Of a stretch of DNA of 63,377 nt, positions 50,338 to 59,748 are shown piece after piece. Origin of the DNA: Gemmatimonadales bacterium (GTDB lineage Bacteria > Gemmatimonadota > Gemmatimonadetes > Gemmatimonadales > GWC2-71-9). The notes under the pieces are model-generated. The model saw only the letters and a program-made list of their open reading frames with translations. It had not been told where the DNA came from and did not search any database. The position numbers and the translations under genes were made by a program. Position 1 is the stretch's first letter, and each line of letters begins with the position of its first letter. The DNA lies in assembly GCA_036395695.1 (NCBI GenBank), contig DASWDA010000028.1:1-63377 (forward strand), in the 5' to 3' direction.

Positions 50338-51455
50338 TGCTCTATCACCTCCTCGCGCCGCTCGCACGCCAGCACATCATTTTCAATCTCTTCAACTACA
50401 TCACGTTCCGTGCAGCGGGCGCGACCGTTACGGCGCTGCTGCTGGCCTTCATCGTCGGTCCCTGGGTCATCGGGAAGCTGCGCGAGCATCGGATCGGGCA
50501 AATCGTCCGCGCCGAGGGGCCCACGAGTCATCACGGCAAACGCGGTACGCCGACGATGGGCGGATTGATCATCCTCCTCGCGACGATCGTGCCGACGCTG
50601 CTCTGGGCGCGGCTCGACAGCCGCTATGTCATCGTCACCGTGGTCGCCACGCTGTGGATGGGGCTGATCGGGTTTCTCGACGACTACTTGAAGATCGTTC
50701 GCGGGCAATCGCAGGGACTGGTGGCCCGCTGGAAACTCGTCGGCCAGGTGTCGTTCGGACTCGGGTTGGGTGTCTATCTCCTGCTGTTTCCCCTGATCGA
50801 TGCAAATCCGCACGCGACGCAGCTGCCGCTCTTCAAGTACATCGTGTGGGTGCTGCCGTGGCCGATCTATCTGGCTTTCGTGACGTTCGTGACGACGGCG
50901 AGCTCGAATGCTGTGAACCTGACCGATGGGCTGGATGGTCTCGCGGCGGGGCTCACGGTCATCGCCGCCGGTGCCTTCGCGATCTTCTGCTACCTCTTCG
51001 GCCGGGTGGACGCCGCCCGCTACCTCGGCGTCCTGCATCTCCCCGGCGCGGGGGAGCTGACGATTTTCTGCGGTGCCTTGATGGGCGCCTCGCTCGGCTT
51101 TCTCTGGTTCAACGCGTATCCGGCGCAGGTCTTCATGGGCGACACCGGCGCGTTGGCGATCGGCGGCGCGCTCGGCACGGTCGCGATCCTGCTCAAGACC
51201 GAGTTCCTGCTGGTCATCGCCGGCGCGGTGTTCGTCGCCGAAACGGTATCGGTCCTCATCCAGACAACGACGTACAAGTGGCGCAAGCGGCGCTACGGGA
51301 AAGAGTACGCGGATGCGCACAGGGTCTTTCGTATGGCGCCGTTGCACCACCATTTCGAGAAACTGGGCTGGGCGGAGCCGCAGGTCGTCATGCGGTTCTA
51401 TATCCTGGGCGTCCTGAGCGCGATGATCGCGCTGGCCACGCTCAAGGTGCGATGA
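50337..51455 (+). CDS. mraY: phospho-N-acetylmuramoyl-pentapeptide transferase
   Basis: KRGTPTMGG, NAVNLTDGLDGLA, VFMGDTGALAIGG and APLHHHFE blocks. ATG 50337 shares 1 nt with the murF stop (TGATG). Confidence 0.95.
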   Translation: MLYHLLAPLARQHIIFNLFNYITFRAAGATVTALLLAFIVGPWVIGKLREHRIGQIVRAEGPTSHHGKRGTPTMGGLIILLATIVPTLLWARLDSRYVIVTVVATLWMGLIGFLDDYLKIVRGQSQGLVARWKLVGQVSFGLGLGVYLLLFPLIDANPHATQLPLFKYIVWVLPWPIYLAFVTFVTTASSNAVNLTDGLDGLAAGLTVIAAGAFAIFCYLFGRVDAARYLGVLHLPGAGELTIFCGALMGASLGFLWFNAYPAQVFMGDTGALAIGGALGTVAILLKTEFLLVIAGAVFVAETVSVLIQTTTYKWRKRRYGKEYADAHRVFRMAPLHHHFEKLGWAEPQVVMRFYILGVLSAMIALATLKVR

Positions 51456-52837
51456 TCGAGCAGGCGCGCCTCGTCCCGGAAGCCTGGCGCCGCGCGGGGA
51501 GCGTGGTGGCGATCATCGGGCTCGGCAAGAGCGGCGTGGCGGCGGCGCGCCTCCTCGCCCGCGAAGGGGTCCGCGTCTACGCCAGTGACGCGTCCGATCA
51601 TCCGTATGCGGGCGAAGCCGCGGAAGCGCTGAAGAGCGTGCCGTGGGTGGACGTCGAGATCGGCCGCCACGATCTCACCAAGATTCGCCAGGCCGCCGGG
51701 TTGGTCGTGTCGCCGGGCGTGCCGCCGGATGCACCGGTGCTGACCGCGGCGCGGCACGCCGGCGTGGAGATCGTCTCCGAGCTCGACCTGGGCTTCCGCG
51801 CCCTCGCGGCGCTGCAGCCCGGCACGCACAGCATCGCGATCACCGGCACGAACGGGAAAACGACGACGACGGCATTGGTCGCCCACCTGCTCAGCGCGGC
51901 CGGTTTGCAGTCGACGACCGCGGGGAACATCGGCCGGCCGGTCACCGATCTCGCGATGGCGGATGAGCGCTATCAATGGCTCAGCCTCGAGGTGTCGTCG
52001 TTTCAGCTGCACGACAGCCCCAACTTCGCTCCCGACATCGGTGTGATGACGAACCTCGCGCCCGATCACCTCGACCGCTATCCCTCGGCGCAGGCGTACT
52101 ACGCCGACAAGCGTCTGCTCTTCCGCAACGCGAGCGCGGACAACGTCTGGATCCTGAACGGCGATGACGCGCTGGTGCTCGAGCTCGCGCACGGGGTGCC
52201 GGGACGCCGGGTGCTGTTTTCGCTTGTGAAGCCGGCCGCTGCCTGGTACGACGCACCGGCCCTCGTCTTGCGGCTCGGCGCTGACGCGCTGCTCGAGCGC
52301 GAAGCGCTGCACCTGCTCGGCGACCACAACGTCGCGAACGCGCTCGCCGCAGCGCTTGCCGTGCGCGAAGCCGGCGTTCCCGCCTCATTGATCGGCGAAG
52401 GCCTGCGCTCCTTCCACGCGCTGCCGCATCGTCTCGAGCCGGTCCGCGAAGTGGACGGCGTCGAGTGGATCAACGATTCCAAGGCGACGAACATCGCGGC
52501 GACGACTGTGGCGGTGCTTGCCATGCAGCGGCCGTTCGTCCTGCTGCTCGGGGGCCGGCACAAAGGCGAGCCCTATACCAGCCTGGCGCCGCTCCTCGCG
52601 AAACGGTGCCGGCTGGTGATCGCCTACGGAGAAGCGGGACCGCTCGTCGAGCAGGACCTTGGGGGCAAGGTGCCGCTCGAGCGCGGCAGCACGTTCGAGG
52701 ATGTCGTGGCACGGGCCGGTCTCGCCGCGCAGCCGGGTGACGCGGTGCTGCTCTCTCCCGCCTGCTCGAGCTACGACATGTTCAAGAATTACGAACAGCG
52801 GGGGGCCACATTCCGGCGAATCGTCGAAGCGCTGTAG
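51452..52837 (+). CDS. murD: UDP-N-acetylmuramoylalanine--D-glutamate ligase
   Basis: GLGKSGVAAARLL, ITGTNGKTTT and INDSKATN blocks. ATG 51452 overlaps the mraY stop. Confidence 0.93.
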   Translation: MIEQARLVPEAWRRAGSVVAIIGLGKSGVAAARLLAREGVRVYASDASDHPYAGEAAEALKSVPWVDVEIGRHDLTKIRQAAGLVVSPGVPPDAPVLTAARHAGVEIVSELDLGFRALAALQPGTHSIAITGTNGKTTTTALVAHLLSAAGLQSTTAGNIGRPVTDLAMADERYQWLSLEVSSFQLHDSPNFAPDIGVMTNLAPDHLDRYPSAQAYYADKRLLFRNASADNVWILNGDDALVLELAHGVPGRRVLFSLVKPAAAWYDAPALVLRLGADALLEREALHLLGDHNVANALAAALAVREAGVPASLIGEGLRSFHALPHRLEPVREVDGVEWINDSKATNIAATTVAVLAMQRPFVLLLGGRHKGEPYTSLAPLLAKRCRLVIAYGEAGPLVEQDLGGKVPLERGSTFEDVVARAGLAAQPGDAVLLSPACSSYDMFKNYEQRGATFRRIVEAL

Positions 52838-52872
52838 CCTGGGAAGGACGGCTGCTCGCGGTCGTCACGGCG

Positions 52873-53937
52873 GTGCTGGTCGTGTTCGGTCTCGCCGCGG
52901 TGTACGGCGCGTCGAGTCTCGTGACCGTGGCCGGCGGCCAGGTTGGCGCGAGCTTCGCGCTCCGCCAGGCGGTCGGCGCAGCGGTGGGCGGCTTGCTGGC
53001 GATCGTCTTCGCGCGCACCGACTACCATCGCTGGCGTGAGTGGGCCTGGCCGCTGCTGGGCGTCACGATGTTCCTCCTCCTCCTTCCGCTGTTGCCGTTC
53101 ACCCACTTCATCACGCCGACCATCAATGGCGCGCGGCGCTGGGTGAACCTCGGCATCCTGACGCTGCAACCTTCGGAGCTCGCGAAATTCGCCGTCGTGG
53201 TGTGGTGCGCGATGCTGGCCGCCAAGAAGGGGGAACAGCTGCGTGACTTCAAGCACGGCGTGCTTCCCTTTGTCGTCATTCTCGGGCCCGTCATCGGGCT
53301 GATTTTCCTCGAGCCCCATCTTTCCATGGCACTGCTCGTCGCCCTCCTCGCGGGCAGCGTGCTATTCACGGCCGGCGCACGGATCGGGCACTTCCTCGTC
53401 CTGGGTGCGGCGGCGGGACCGCTGCTGTTCGGCGCGGTGGCGAGCGCACAGTACCGGCTCGCGCGCGTCCTCACGTTCCTGAATCCCGGCGCCGCGCCGG
53501 CGGAAGCCACGTGGCAAGTGCAACAGTCGCTCACCGGCATCGGGGCTGGGCAGCTGCTCGGCGCGGGATTCGGACAGGGCCAGCAGAAGCTCGGCTATCT
53601 GCCGTACGCGTATTCCGATTTCATCTTCTCGACGATCGGTGAGGAGTGGGGCTTCCTGGGCGTCCTGGCGATCGCGCTGCTCTTCGGCACGTTCGTGTGG
53701 CTCGGGTTTCGCATCGCGCGCAACGCCCCCGATCTGTTCGGGCAGCTGCTGGCGACCGGCATCAGCGTGATGGTCGGATTGAGTGTCGTCGTGCACATGG
53801 GCGTGAGTCTCGCCGTCATTCCCGCCACCGGAGTCACGCTGCCGTTCATGTCGTATGGGCGGTCCTCGCTGATTGTTGCACTGGCGGCGACCGGTGTGTT
53901 GGCGAGCGTTGGTCGAGCCCGGAGAGCAATGCAATGA
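52873..53937 (+). CDS. ftsW: SEDS-family peptidoglycan glycosyltransferase FtsW
   Basis: RWVNLGILTLQPSELAKF, PDLSMAL-like, SDFIFSTIGEEWGF and GVTLPFMSYGRSS blocks. The N-terminus may extend upstream, where the frame is open but has no ATG, GTG or TTG. Confidence 0.9.
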   Translation: MLVVFGLAAVYGASSLVTVAGGQVGASFALRQAVGAAVGGLLAIVFARTDYHRWREWAWPLLGVTMFLLLLPLLPFTHFITPTINGARRWVNLGILTLQPSELAKFAVVVWCAMLAAKKGEQLRDFKHGVLPFVVILGPVIGLIFLEPHLSMALLVALLAGSVLFTAGARIGHFLVLGAAAGPLLFGAVASAQYRLARVLTFLNPGAAPAEATWQVQQSLTGIGAGQLLGAGFGQGQQKLGYLPYAYSDFIFSTIGEEWGFLGVLAIALLFGTFVWLGFRIARNAPDLFGQLLATGISVMVGLSVVVHMGVSLAVIPATGVTLPFMSYGRSSLIVALAATGVLASVGRARRAMQ

Positions 53938-54042
53938 GGAATGCGAAATGCGGAATGCGAAATGTTATGGTGAGCTTCGAGCCGCGATCCAACTGTTCGA
54001 ACCTCACCGATAGACTTCGCATTTCGCATTTCGCCTTCCGCC
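53932..54042. repeat. hairpin-capable element with tandem-heptamer arms filling the ftsW-murG spacer
   Basis: Left arm: CAATGAG GAATGCG AAATGCG GAATGCG AAATGTT. Right arm: CTTCGCA TTTCGCA TTTCGCC TTCCGCC, which is largely the reverse complement of the left. Inner GGTGAG...CTCACC and GTTCGAAC palindromes. Confidence 0.8.
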
Positions 54043-54043
54043 T

Positions 54044-55129
54044 TTGAAGATCTTAATCGCCGGCGGCGGCACTGGCGGCCACCTCATGCCGGCGCTCGCG
54101 TTGGCGCGCGTGGCCACCGATCTCGGTCACGAGGTCGTGCTCGTCGGCGCGACCCGCGGCATCGAAGCTCAGATCCTGCCGCGCCATCCATTTCGATTTC
54201 AGCTTCTGCCGCTGGAGCCGATCTACCGGCGCGCGTGGTGGCGCAACTTGCGCTGGCCGGTGATCGCCGTGCGCGCGTGGCGCGCGGCGGGTCGCGTCCT
54301 CAGAGACGAGCGTCCGGCGATCGTCATCGGTACCGGTGGCTACGCCGCGGGGCCCGTGCTGTGGCGCGCGCAAAACGCCGGGCTTCCGACGGCGCTGCAA
54401 GAACAGAACGCGTTCCCCGGAGTCACACAACGCTTGCTCTCCCGGCGCGCGCAACAAGTGCACCTCGGATTCCCGGAAGCGCGGCTGCGCCTGTCGCCCG
54501 GACCGCATACCAAGGTGTTCGTCTTCGGCAATCCGATCACGCCACCGGGCCGGGTGGATCCCGCCGCCGCACGCGGCGAGTTTGGTCTCACAGCGGAGCG
54601 CCGCACGCTGCTCGTATTTGGCGGGAGTCAGGGGGCGCGCGCGTTGAACGAGACGATCGCGCGCACGCTGCAACGCGGCTTGCTCGGCGACGTGAATCTG
54701 TTGTGGGGAACGGGCACGATGCACCTGGATCGTTACGCGCCGCTCGCGGTGCCCGGCCGAGTCGTCGTGCGGGGCTTCTTCGATCCGATCGGCACGGCGT
54801 ACGGCGCCGCGCACCTCGTCGTCGCGCGCGCGGGCGCGATGACGGTGTCCGAGCTGTGCGCCTGGGGGAAGCCGAGCGTCCTCGTGCCGTTGCCCACGGC
54901 AGCAGCGGATCACCAAACCTTCAACGCCCGAGCGCTCGCGAACGCCGGCGCGAGCGTCTTGCTGCTCGAGCGGGAGCTCACCCCGGAGGGTTTTGCAAAA
55001 ACGGTCGGCAGGCTGATTCGGGACGACAAACGCCTGGACGCCCTGGCCCGGAGTGCCCGTGGCAGGGGTCACCCGAACGCCGCCCGAACCATCATGGAAA
55101 AGGTTTTAGAGCTTTCGCAAGTTGCGTAG
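54044..55129 (+). CDS. murG: undecaprenyldiphospho-muramoylpentapeptide beta-N-acetylglucosaminyltransferase
   Basis: ILIAGGGTGGHLMPALA, GGYAAGP, FGGSQGA and RAGAMTVSEL blocks. TTG start. Confidence 0.93.
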   Translation: MKILIAGGGTGGHLMPALALARVATDLGHEVVLVGATRGIEAQILPRHPFRFQLLPLEPIYRRAWWRNLRWPVIAVRAWRAAGRVLRDERPAIVIGTGGYAAGPVLWRAQNAGLPTALQEQNAFPGVTQRLLSRRAQQVHLGFPEARLRLSPGPHTKVFVFGNPITPPGRVDPAAARGEFGLTAERRTLLVFGGSQGARALNETIARTLQRGLLGDVNLLWGTGTMHLDRYAPLAVPGRVVVRGFFDPIGTAYGAAHLVVARAGAMTVSELCAWGKPSVLVPLPTAAADHQTFNARALANAGASVLLLERELTPEGFAKTVGRLIRDDKRLDALARSARGRGHPNAARTIMEKVLELSQVA

Positions 55130-55153
55130 ATTTCGTATATTAGCTGCCCACAG

Positions 55154-56563
55154 ATGACCTTGTTTCGAACCGGGGATCCCCGACCCATCCATCTCATGGG
55201 CATAGCCGGGGCGGGGATGAGCGCCTTGGCTCTTATTGCCAGGCACCGGGGCGTCGCCATAACTGGTTGTGATTCAGACACTTCCGGGACAGGCGTTGAT
55301 GACCTGACCGCGCTGGGAATTCCCGTTTGGAAGGGCCACGATCCGAGCCATGTGGAAGGGGCTCGGGCAGTTGTAGTTACGGCCGCGGTCCCACGGGATC
55401 ACCCGGAGCTGCTCAAGGCCCGTGCCTTGGGCCTGCCGGTCGTGCGTCGCGCGGATGCACTGGGGGAGCTGGTCGCTGGCGGAAAAGAGGGCGTCGTGGC
55501 GGTCGCCGGCACACACGGCAAGACGACCACCACGGTGATGGTCACTGAGGCTCTCACGGCCGCCAGGCGAAATCCCACGGGACTCGCCGGCGGCCGTGTC
55601 GCAGCGTGGGGAGGCAACGCCCGGATCGGCGGCGACGACTTGTTCGTCGTCGAGGCCGATGAGTACGACAAGGCCTTTTTGTCGCTGACGCCGACGATCG
55701 CAGTGGTGAACAACGTCGAGGCCGATCACCTCGAGTGCTACGGCAGCATGGAGGCGCTCGAGGATGCGTTCGTCGAGTTCGCGAGTCGAGCGGAGCGGGT
55801 GATCATCGGCGCCGACGACGCGGGAGCGGACCGGGTGGCGTTGCACGTGACGGCGCCGGTGTGGCGCGTGGGTCACGGTGCCACGGCGGATGTGCGGATT
55901 CGCGCGGTGCGGCTCGAGCCTGGCGGCTCGCGCGCGATGATCGCGCTGCCCGGCGGGCACACGATCGATCTGGCGTTGGCCGTGCCAGGATTGCACAACG
56001 TGCGCAACGCCGCCGCCGCGCTCGCGGTGTTGCAGGCGCTCGGGGCGGATGTGCAGGCGGGCGCGCAGGCGCTGGCGGAGTTTCGCGGCGTTGGCCGGCG
56101 GTTCGAGCGGTTGGGGGAAGCGGGAGGAGTGACTGTGGTGGATGATTACGCGCACCACCCGACGGAAGTCAGCGCGACGCTCGCGGCTGCGCGGCAAGCG
56201 TTCCCCGGGCGTCGGGTGATCGCCGTGTTTCAGCCGCACCTGTTTTCGCGGACGGCGTTGCACGGCGAAGCGCTCGGCAAGGCGCTCGCGGCGGCGGACG
56301 TGGTCGTCGTCGCGCCGATCTATGCGGCGCGCGAGCAGCCGCAGGACGGCGTGACGCACCATCTGGTGGTGCGCGGCGCGACACGCGCCGGCGCGGCGAC
56401 CGTGGCGGTGCGCGATCGCGCCACGCTGACGAATCACGTCGCGCGCGCGGTGCGGGAAGGCGACGTCGTGTTCACGCTCGGCGCGGGCGACATCACGCGA
56501 GTGGGACCCGAGCTGCTGAGTAGGCTCGGAGCGGGGAACGGGAAGAACGGAGCAGTCGCATGA
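55154..56563 (+). CDS. murC: UDP-N-acetylmuramate--L-alanine ligase
   Basis: HLMGIAGAGMSALA, VAGTHGKTTTT, DEYDKAF and DDYAHHPTE blocks. Confidence 0.93.
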   Translation: MTLFRTGDPRPIHLMGIAGAGMSALALIARHRGVAITGCDSDTSGTGVDDLTALGIPVWKGHDPSHVEGARAVVVTAAVPRDHPELLKARALGLPVVRRADALGELVAGGKEGVVAVAGTHGKTTTTVMVTEALTAARRNPTGLAGGRVAAWGGNARIGGDDLFVVEADEYDKAFLSLTPTIAVVNNVEADHLECYGSMEALEDAFVEFASRAERVIIGADDAGADRVALHVTAPVWRVGHGATADVRIRAVRLEPGGSRAMIALPGGHTIDLALAVPGLHNVRNAAAALAVLQALGADVQAGAQALAEFRGVGRRFERLGEAGGVTVVDDYAHHPTEVSATLAAARQAFPGRRVIAVFQPHLFSRTALHGEALGKALAAADVVVVAPIYAAREQPQDGVTHHLVVRGATRAGAATVAVRDRATLTNHVARAVREGDVVFTLGAGDITRVGPELLSRLGAGNGKNGAVA

Positions 56564-57303
56564 GGCTGAAGCTGCGGCTGCCGCGGTTCCCGCGCGTGTC
56601 GTGGCGCGTGTTGGCGTGGGCGGGCGCAGCGATTCTCGTCATGGTGACCTGGATGACGGCGCCGCTCGCCTTGCGCCGCGTGCGGTTCTTCCGCGTGCGG
56701 CAGGTGGAAATCATCGGCATCCGCTATCTCGATGCCGATCAGGTGTTGGGAGCGCTGCGACTGCCCGAGCATGCGAGTGTGTTCGACGACACCCAAGTGC
56801 TCGCCGAGCGCTTGCGCGGACTGGACGGTGTTGCCGATGCTTCGGTCAGCCGCCGCCCGCCCGCGTCGTTGAAAGTGATCGTGCGTGAGATCGAGCCGGT
56901 GGCACTCTTGATGAGCGGACGGGGCGCGCTGGCGCCGGTCGATGCCGATGCACGAGCGCTGCCGTTCGATATCACGAGTCTCGACCTGCCCATCGTCCGG
57001 TCGGGAGGCGGGGGGGCAGACTCCGCTGTGGTCGGGTTGCTGGCACGGGTGCAGGCCGTCGATCCCGCGCTGTTTCAGACGATCGATGCCGCGCGGCGGA
57101 CCGAGACGCCACGCGGAGACGTGCTTCTCGAGCTTGGAGGCGCTCATCGCGTGCTGCTCAGCCGCGATGCGGGGCCGGAGGTGATCGAGGCGGTGGTGAT
57201 GGTGGCGAGAGACCTGGCCGCGAAAGCGCGCCCCTATGCCGAGCTCGACGCCCGCTTTGCGGGACAGGTCGTGGTGCGGCGTCGCGGTGCGGGCACCGTC
57301 TGA
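56560..57303 (+). CDS. ftsQ: cell-division protein FtsQ (POTRA)
   Basis: Single TM, then a POTRA-like block FFRVRQVEIIGIRYLD. Canonical position between murC and ftsA. Confidence 0.75.
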   Translation: MRLKLRLPRFPRVSWRVLAWAGAAILVMVTWMTAPLALRRVRFFRVRQVEIIGIRYLDADQVLGALRLPEHASVFDDTQVLAERLRGLDGVADASVSRRPPASLKVIVREIEPVALLMSGRGALAPVDADARALPFDITSLDLPIVRSGGGGADSAVVGLLARVQAVDPALFQTIDAARRTETPRGDVLLELGGAHRVLLSRDAGPEVIEAVVMVARDLAAKARPYAELDARFAGQVVVRRRGAGTV

Positions 57304-58553
57304 TGCCAGAGCGTCGCCTCGTCGCCGGACTCGACCTCGGCAGCACGAAAACGTGCGCCGTGATCGCGGAGCTGGCGGGCGACCTGCCGCGCGCGCCGCT
57401 CGCCAAGATTCTCGGCGTCGGCCTCGCAAAAAACACCGGCGTGCGCCGCGGGATGGTGCGCGATATCGACGAGACGACGCGCTCCGTCGCCGCCGCGCTC
57501 AAGGATGCGGAACGGATGGCGGGCGCCCGCGTGCCCGACGTCACCTGCGGGATCGCGGGCGAGCACGTGTCGGCGCGGGGATCGACCGGTGTGGTGGCCG
57601 TGAGTGCCGAGGAAATCAGCCCGCAAGATGTGGCGCGGGTGAACGAGGTCGCGCGCGCGGTGTCGCTGGGACGCGACCACGAGCTGCTGCACGACATTCC
57701 GCAGGAATACGTCGTGGACCAGCAGAGGGGCATCTCCGATCCGATCGGCATGACGGGGACGCGGCTCGAGGTGGAGATGTATCTCGTGACGGTGCAGTCC
57801 ACCGCCGCGCAGAATCTCCGCAAGAGCGTGCAGCGCGCCGGCTACCGCGTCGCCGACCTCGTGCTCGAGCCGCTGGCGGCGTCGTACGCGGTGCTGACCG
57901 ATGACGAGAAAGAGCTGGGTGTCGCCCTCGTCGAAGTGGGCGGCAGCTCGACGGGCGTCGCGATCTTTCACGAAGGCAAAATCCGCCACCTCGCATCGCT
58001 CAAGTTCGCGGGCGGCCACGTCACCAGTGATTTGGTCCAAGGCCTCGGAGTGACACAGTCCGACGCCGAGCGACTGAAAGAGCGGCATGGCGCGGCCTAC
58101 ACGCCGCTCGTCGATGCGGGCGAGATGGTGACCCTGCCGTCGACTCCCGGGCAGGGGGCGCGCACCGCCTCGCGCGAGCTCGTCGCCCACATCATCCACC
58201 AGCGCGTGGACGAGATCTTCCAGCTCGTGGGCCGCGAGTTCGAGCGCGCCGGGTACGGCGCGGGCCGGCTGCCGGCCGGCGTCGTGCTCTCCGGTGGCAC
58301 GGCGCACCTGCCGGGCATGGTCGAGCTGGCACGTGAGGTATTCGCCGCGCCAGTGCGTGCCGGCCATCCGGAGCTCGGTATCTCCGGACTCGTCGACAGC
58401 GTCCAGGCGCCGCGGTACGCCGTGCCGGTCGGGTTGGTGCTGTACGCGGCGCGCAAGTCTGCTCAGGGCGGGGGAGCTCCGGGCGTGTTGTTCGGCGGTC
58501 GACCCGACAAACTGTTTGCGCCTCTCAAGAGATGGTTGCAGGACTTCTTCTGA
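57303..58553 (+). CDS. ftsA: cell-division protein FtsA
   Basis: Actin-fold blocks VAGLDLGSTKTCAV, VEVGGSSTGVAIF and GVVLSGGTAHLPG. Confidence 0.94.
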   Translation: MPERRLVAGLDLGSTKTCAVIAELAGDLPRAPLAKILGVGLAKNTGVRRGMVRDIDETTRSVAAALKDAERMAGARVPDVTCGIAGEHVSARGSTGVVAVSAEEISPQDVARVNEVARAVSLGRDHELLHDIPQEYVVDQQRGISDPIGMTGTRLEVEMYLVTVQSTAAQNLRKSVQRAGYRVADLVLEPLAASYAVLTDDEKELGVALVEVGGSSTGVAIFHEGKIRHLASLKFAGGHVTSDLVQGLGVTQSDAERLKERHGAAYTPLVDAGEMVTLPSTPGQGARTASRELVAHIIHQRVDEIFQLVGREFERAGYGAGRLPAGVVLSGGTAHLPGMVELAREVFAAPVRAGHPELGISGLVDSVQAPRYAVPVGLVLYAARKSAQGGGAPGVLFGGRPDKLFAPLKRWLQDFF

Positions 58554-58569
58554 GCCCTAGGGGAGAACC

Positions 58570-59748
58570 ATGATCTTCGAACTCGAAGAAACCGTTACGC
58601 AGAACGCGCGAATGAAAGTCGTCGGCGTCGGTGGGGGCGGCGGCAACGCCCTCAACCGCATGATCGACGAGCACGTGAGCGGCGTCGAGTTCATTTCGGT
58701 CAACACCGATGCTCAGGCGCTCCTCAACAACAAGGCCGACGTCAAAGTCCAGATCGGCAAGAAGCTGACGCGCGGGCTCGGCGCCGGGGCGCGGCCCGAG
58801 ATCGGCCGCCAGGCGATCGAGGAAAACCGCGACGAAGTGCTGCATTCGCTGCAGGGGGCGGATCTCGTGTTCGTGACCTGCGGCATGGGCGGCGGCACCG
58901 GCACGGGGGCGGCGCCGATCATCTCGCAGGTCGCCCGCGATCTCGGGGCGCTCACGATCGGGATCTGCACGAAGCCGTTCCTGTTCGAGGGCCGCAAGCG
59001 CATGCGTCAGGCGGAGATGGGCATCGCCGAGATGCGCAAGCACGTGGACACGATGATCGTCGTGCCCAACGAGCGGCTGCTGGCGGTCGTCGGGAAGGGC
59101 ATCCCGTTCCAGGATGCGCTGAAGAAGGCGGACGAAGTGCTGCTCCACGCCACGCAGGGCATTTCGGCCCTCATCTGTGTCACCGGGCTCGTCAATGTAG
59201 ATTTCGCCGACGTCCGCACCGTGATGCAGAACGGCGGCGCGGCGCTGATGGGGACGGGCCAGGGACGCGGCGAGAACCGGGCGATGGAGGCGGCGCAGCA
59301 GGCGATTTCAAGCCCGCTGCTCGACAACATCTCGATCGGCGGCGCGACGGGCGTGCTGATCAACATCACCGGCGGCGAGGACCTGACGCTGGGCGAAGTG
59401 ACGCAGATCAGCGAGGCGATTCACGACGCCGCGGGCGACGAGGCCGAGATCATCTTCGGCGCGGTGAACGATCCGGCGATGCACGGGGAAGTGCGCATCA
59501 CCGTCATCGCGACCGGGTTCGACAAGACGGGCGCGATGGCCGATGCCCTGGCGGGCGTCCAGCGTCCCGCGGCCGGTGTGCTGCCGTTCCGCGATCGTGG
59601 GGCCCGGCCGACGCCGGTGCCGCCGCCGGGGTTCGCCAAGCCGGCCGAAACTCAGCCGAAGCGTCCGGGCGGACCCGCGCAGGCGCCGCTGAATCCCGAG
59701 TTGAATGAAATGGAAATCCCGACGTTCATTCGGAGACAGATGGACTAA
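58570..59748 (+). CDS. ftsZ: cell-division GTPase FtsZ
   Basis: GVGGGGGNA, tubulin signature GMGGGTGTGAAP, NVDFADV, and the C-terminal peptide IPTFIRRQ. Confidence 0.98.
   Translation: MIFELEETVTQNARMKVVGVGGGGGNALNRMIDEHVSGVEFISVNTDAQALLNNKADVKVQIGKKLTRGLGAGARPEIGRQAIEENRDEVLHSLQGADLVFVTCGMGGGTGTGAAPIISQVARDLGALTIGICTKPFLFEGRKRMRQAEMGIAEMRKHVDTMIVVPNERLLAVVGKGIPFQDALKKADEVLLHATQGISALICVTGLVNVDFADVRTVMQNGGAALMGTGQGRGENRAMEAAQQAISSPLLDNISIGGATGVLINITGGEDLTLGEVTQISEAIHDAAGDEAEIIFGAVNDPAMHGEVRITVIATGFDKTGAMADALAGVQRPAAGVLPFRDRGARPTPVPPPGFAKPAETQPKRPGGPAQAPLNPELNEMEIPTFIRRQMD

Noticed and set aside
55113-55141. TATATT hexamer 14 nt upstream of murC, considered as an internal promoter -10 box.
   Set aside because: The best -35 candidate at 17-nt spacing is TTTCGC, which is a poor match. 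A single AT-rich hexamer is not enough to call a promoter.
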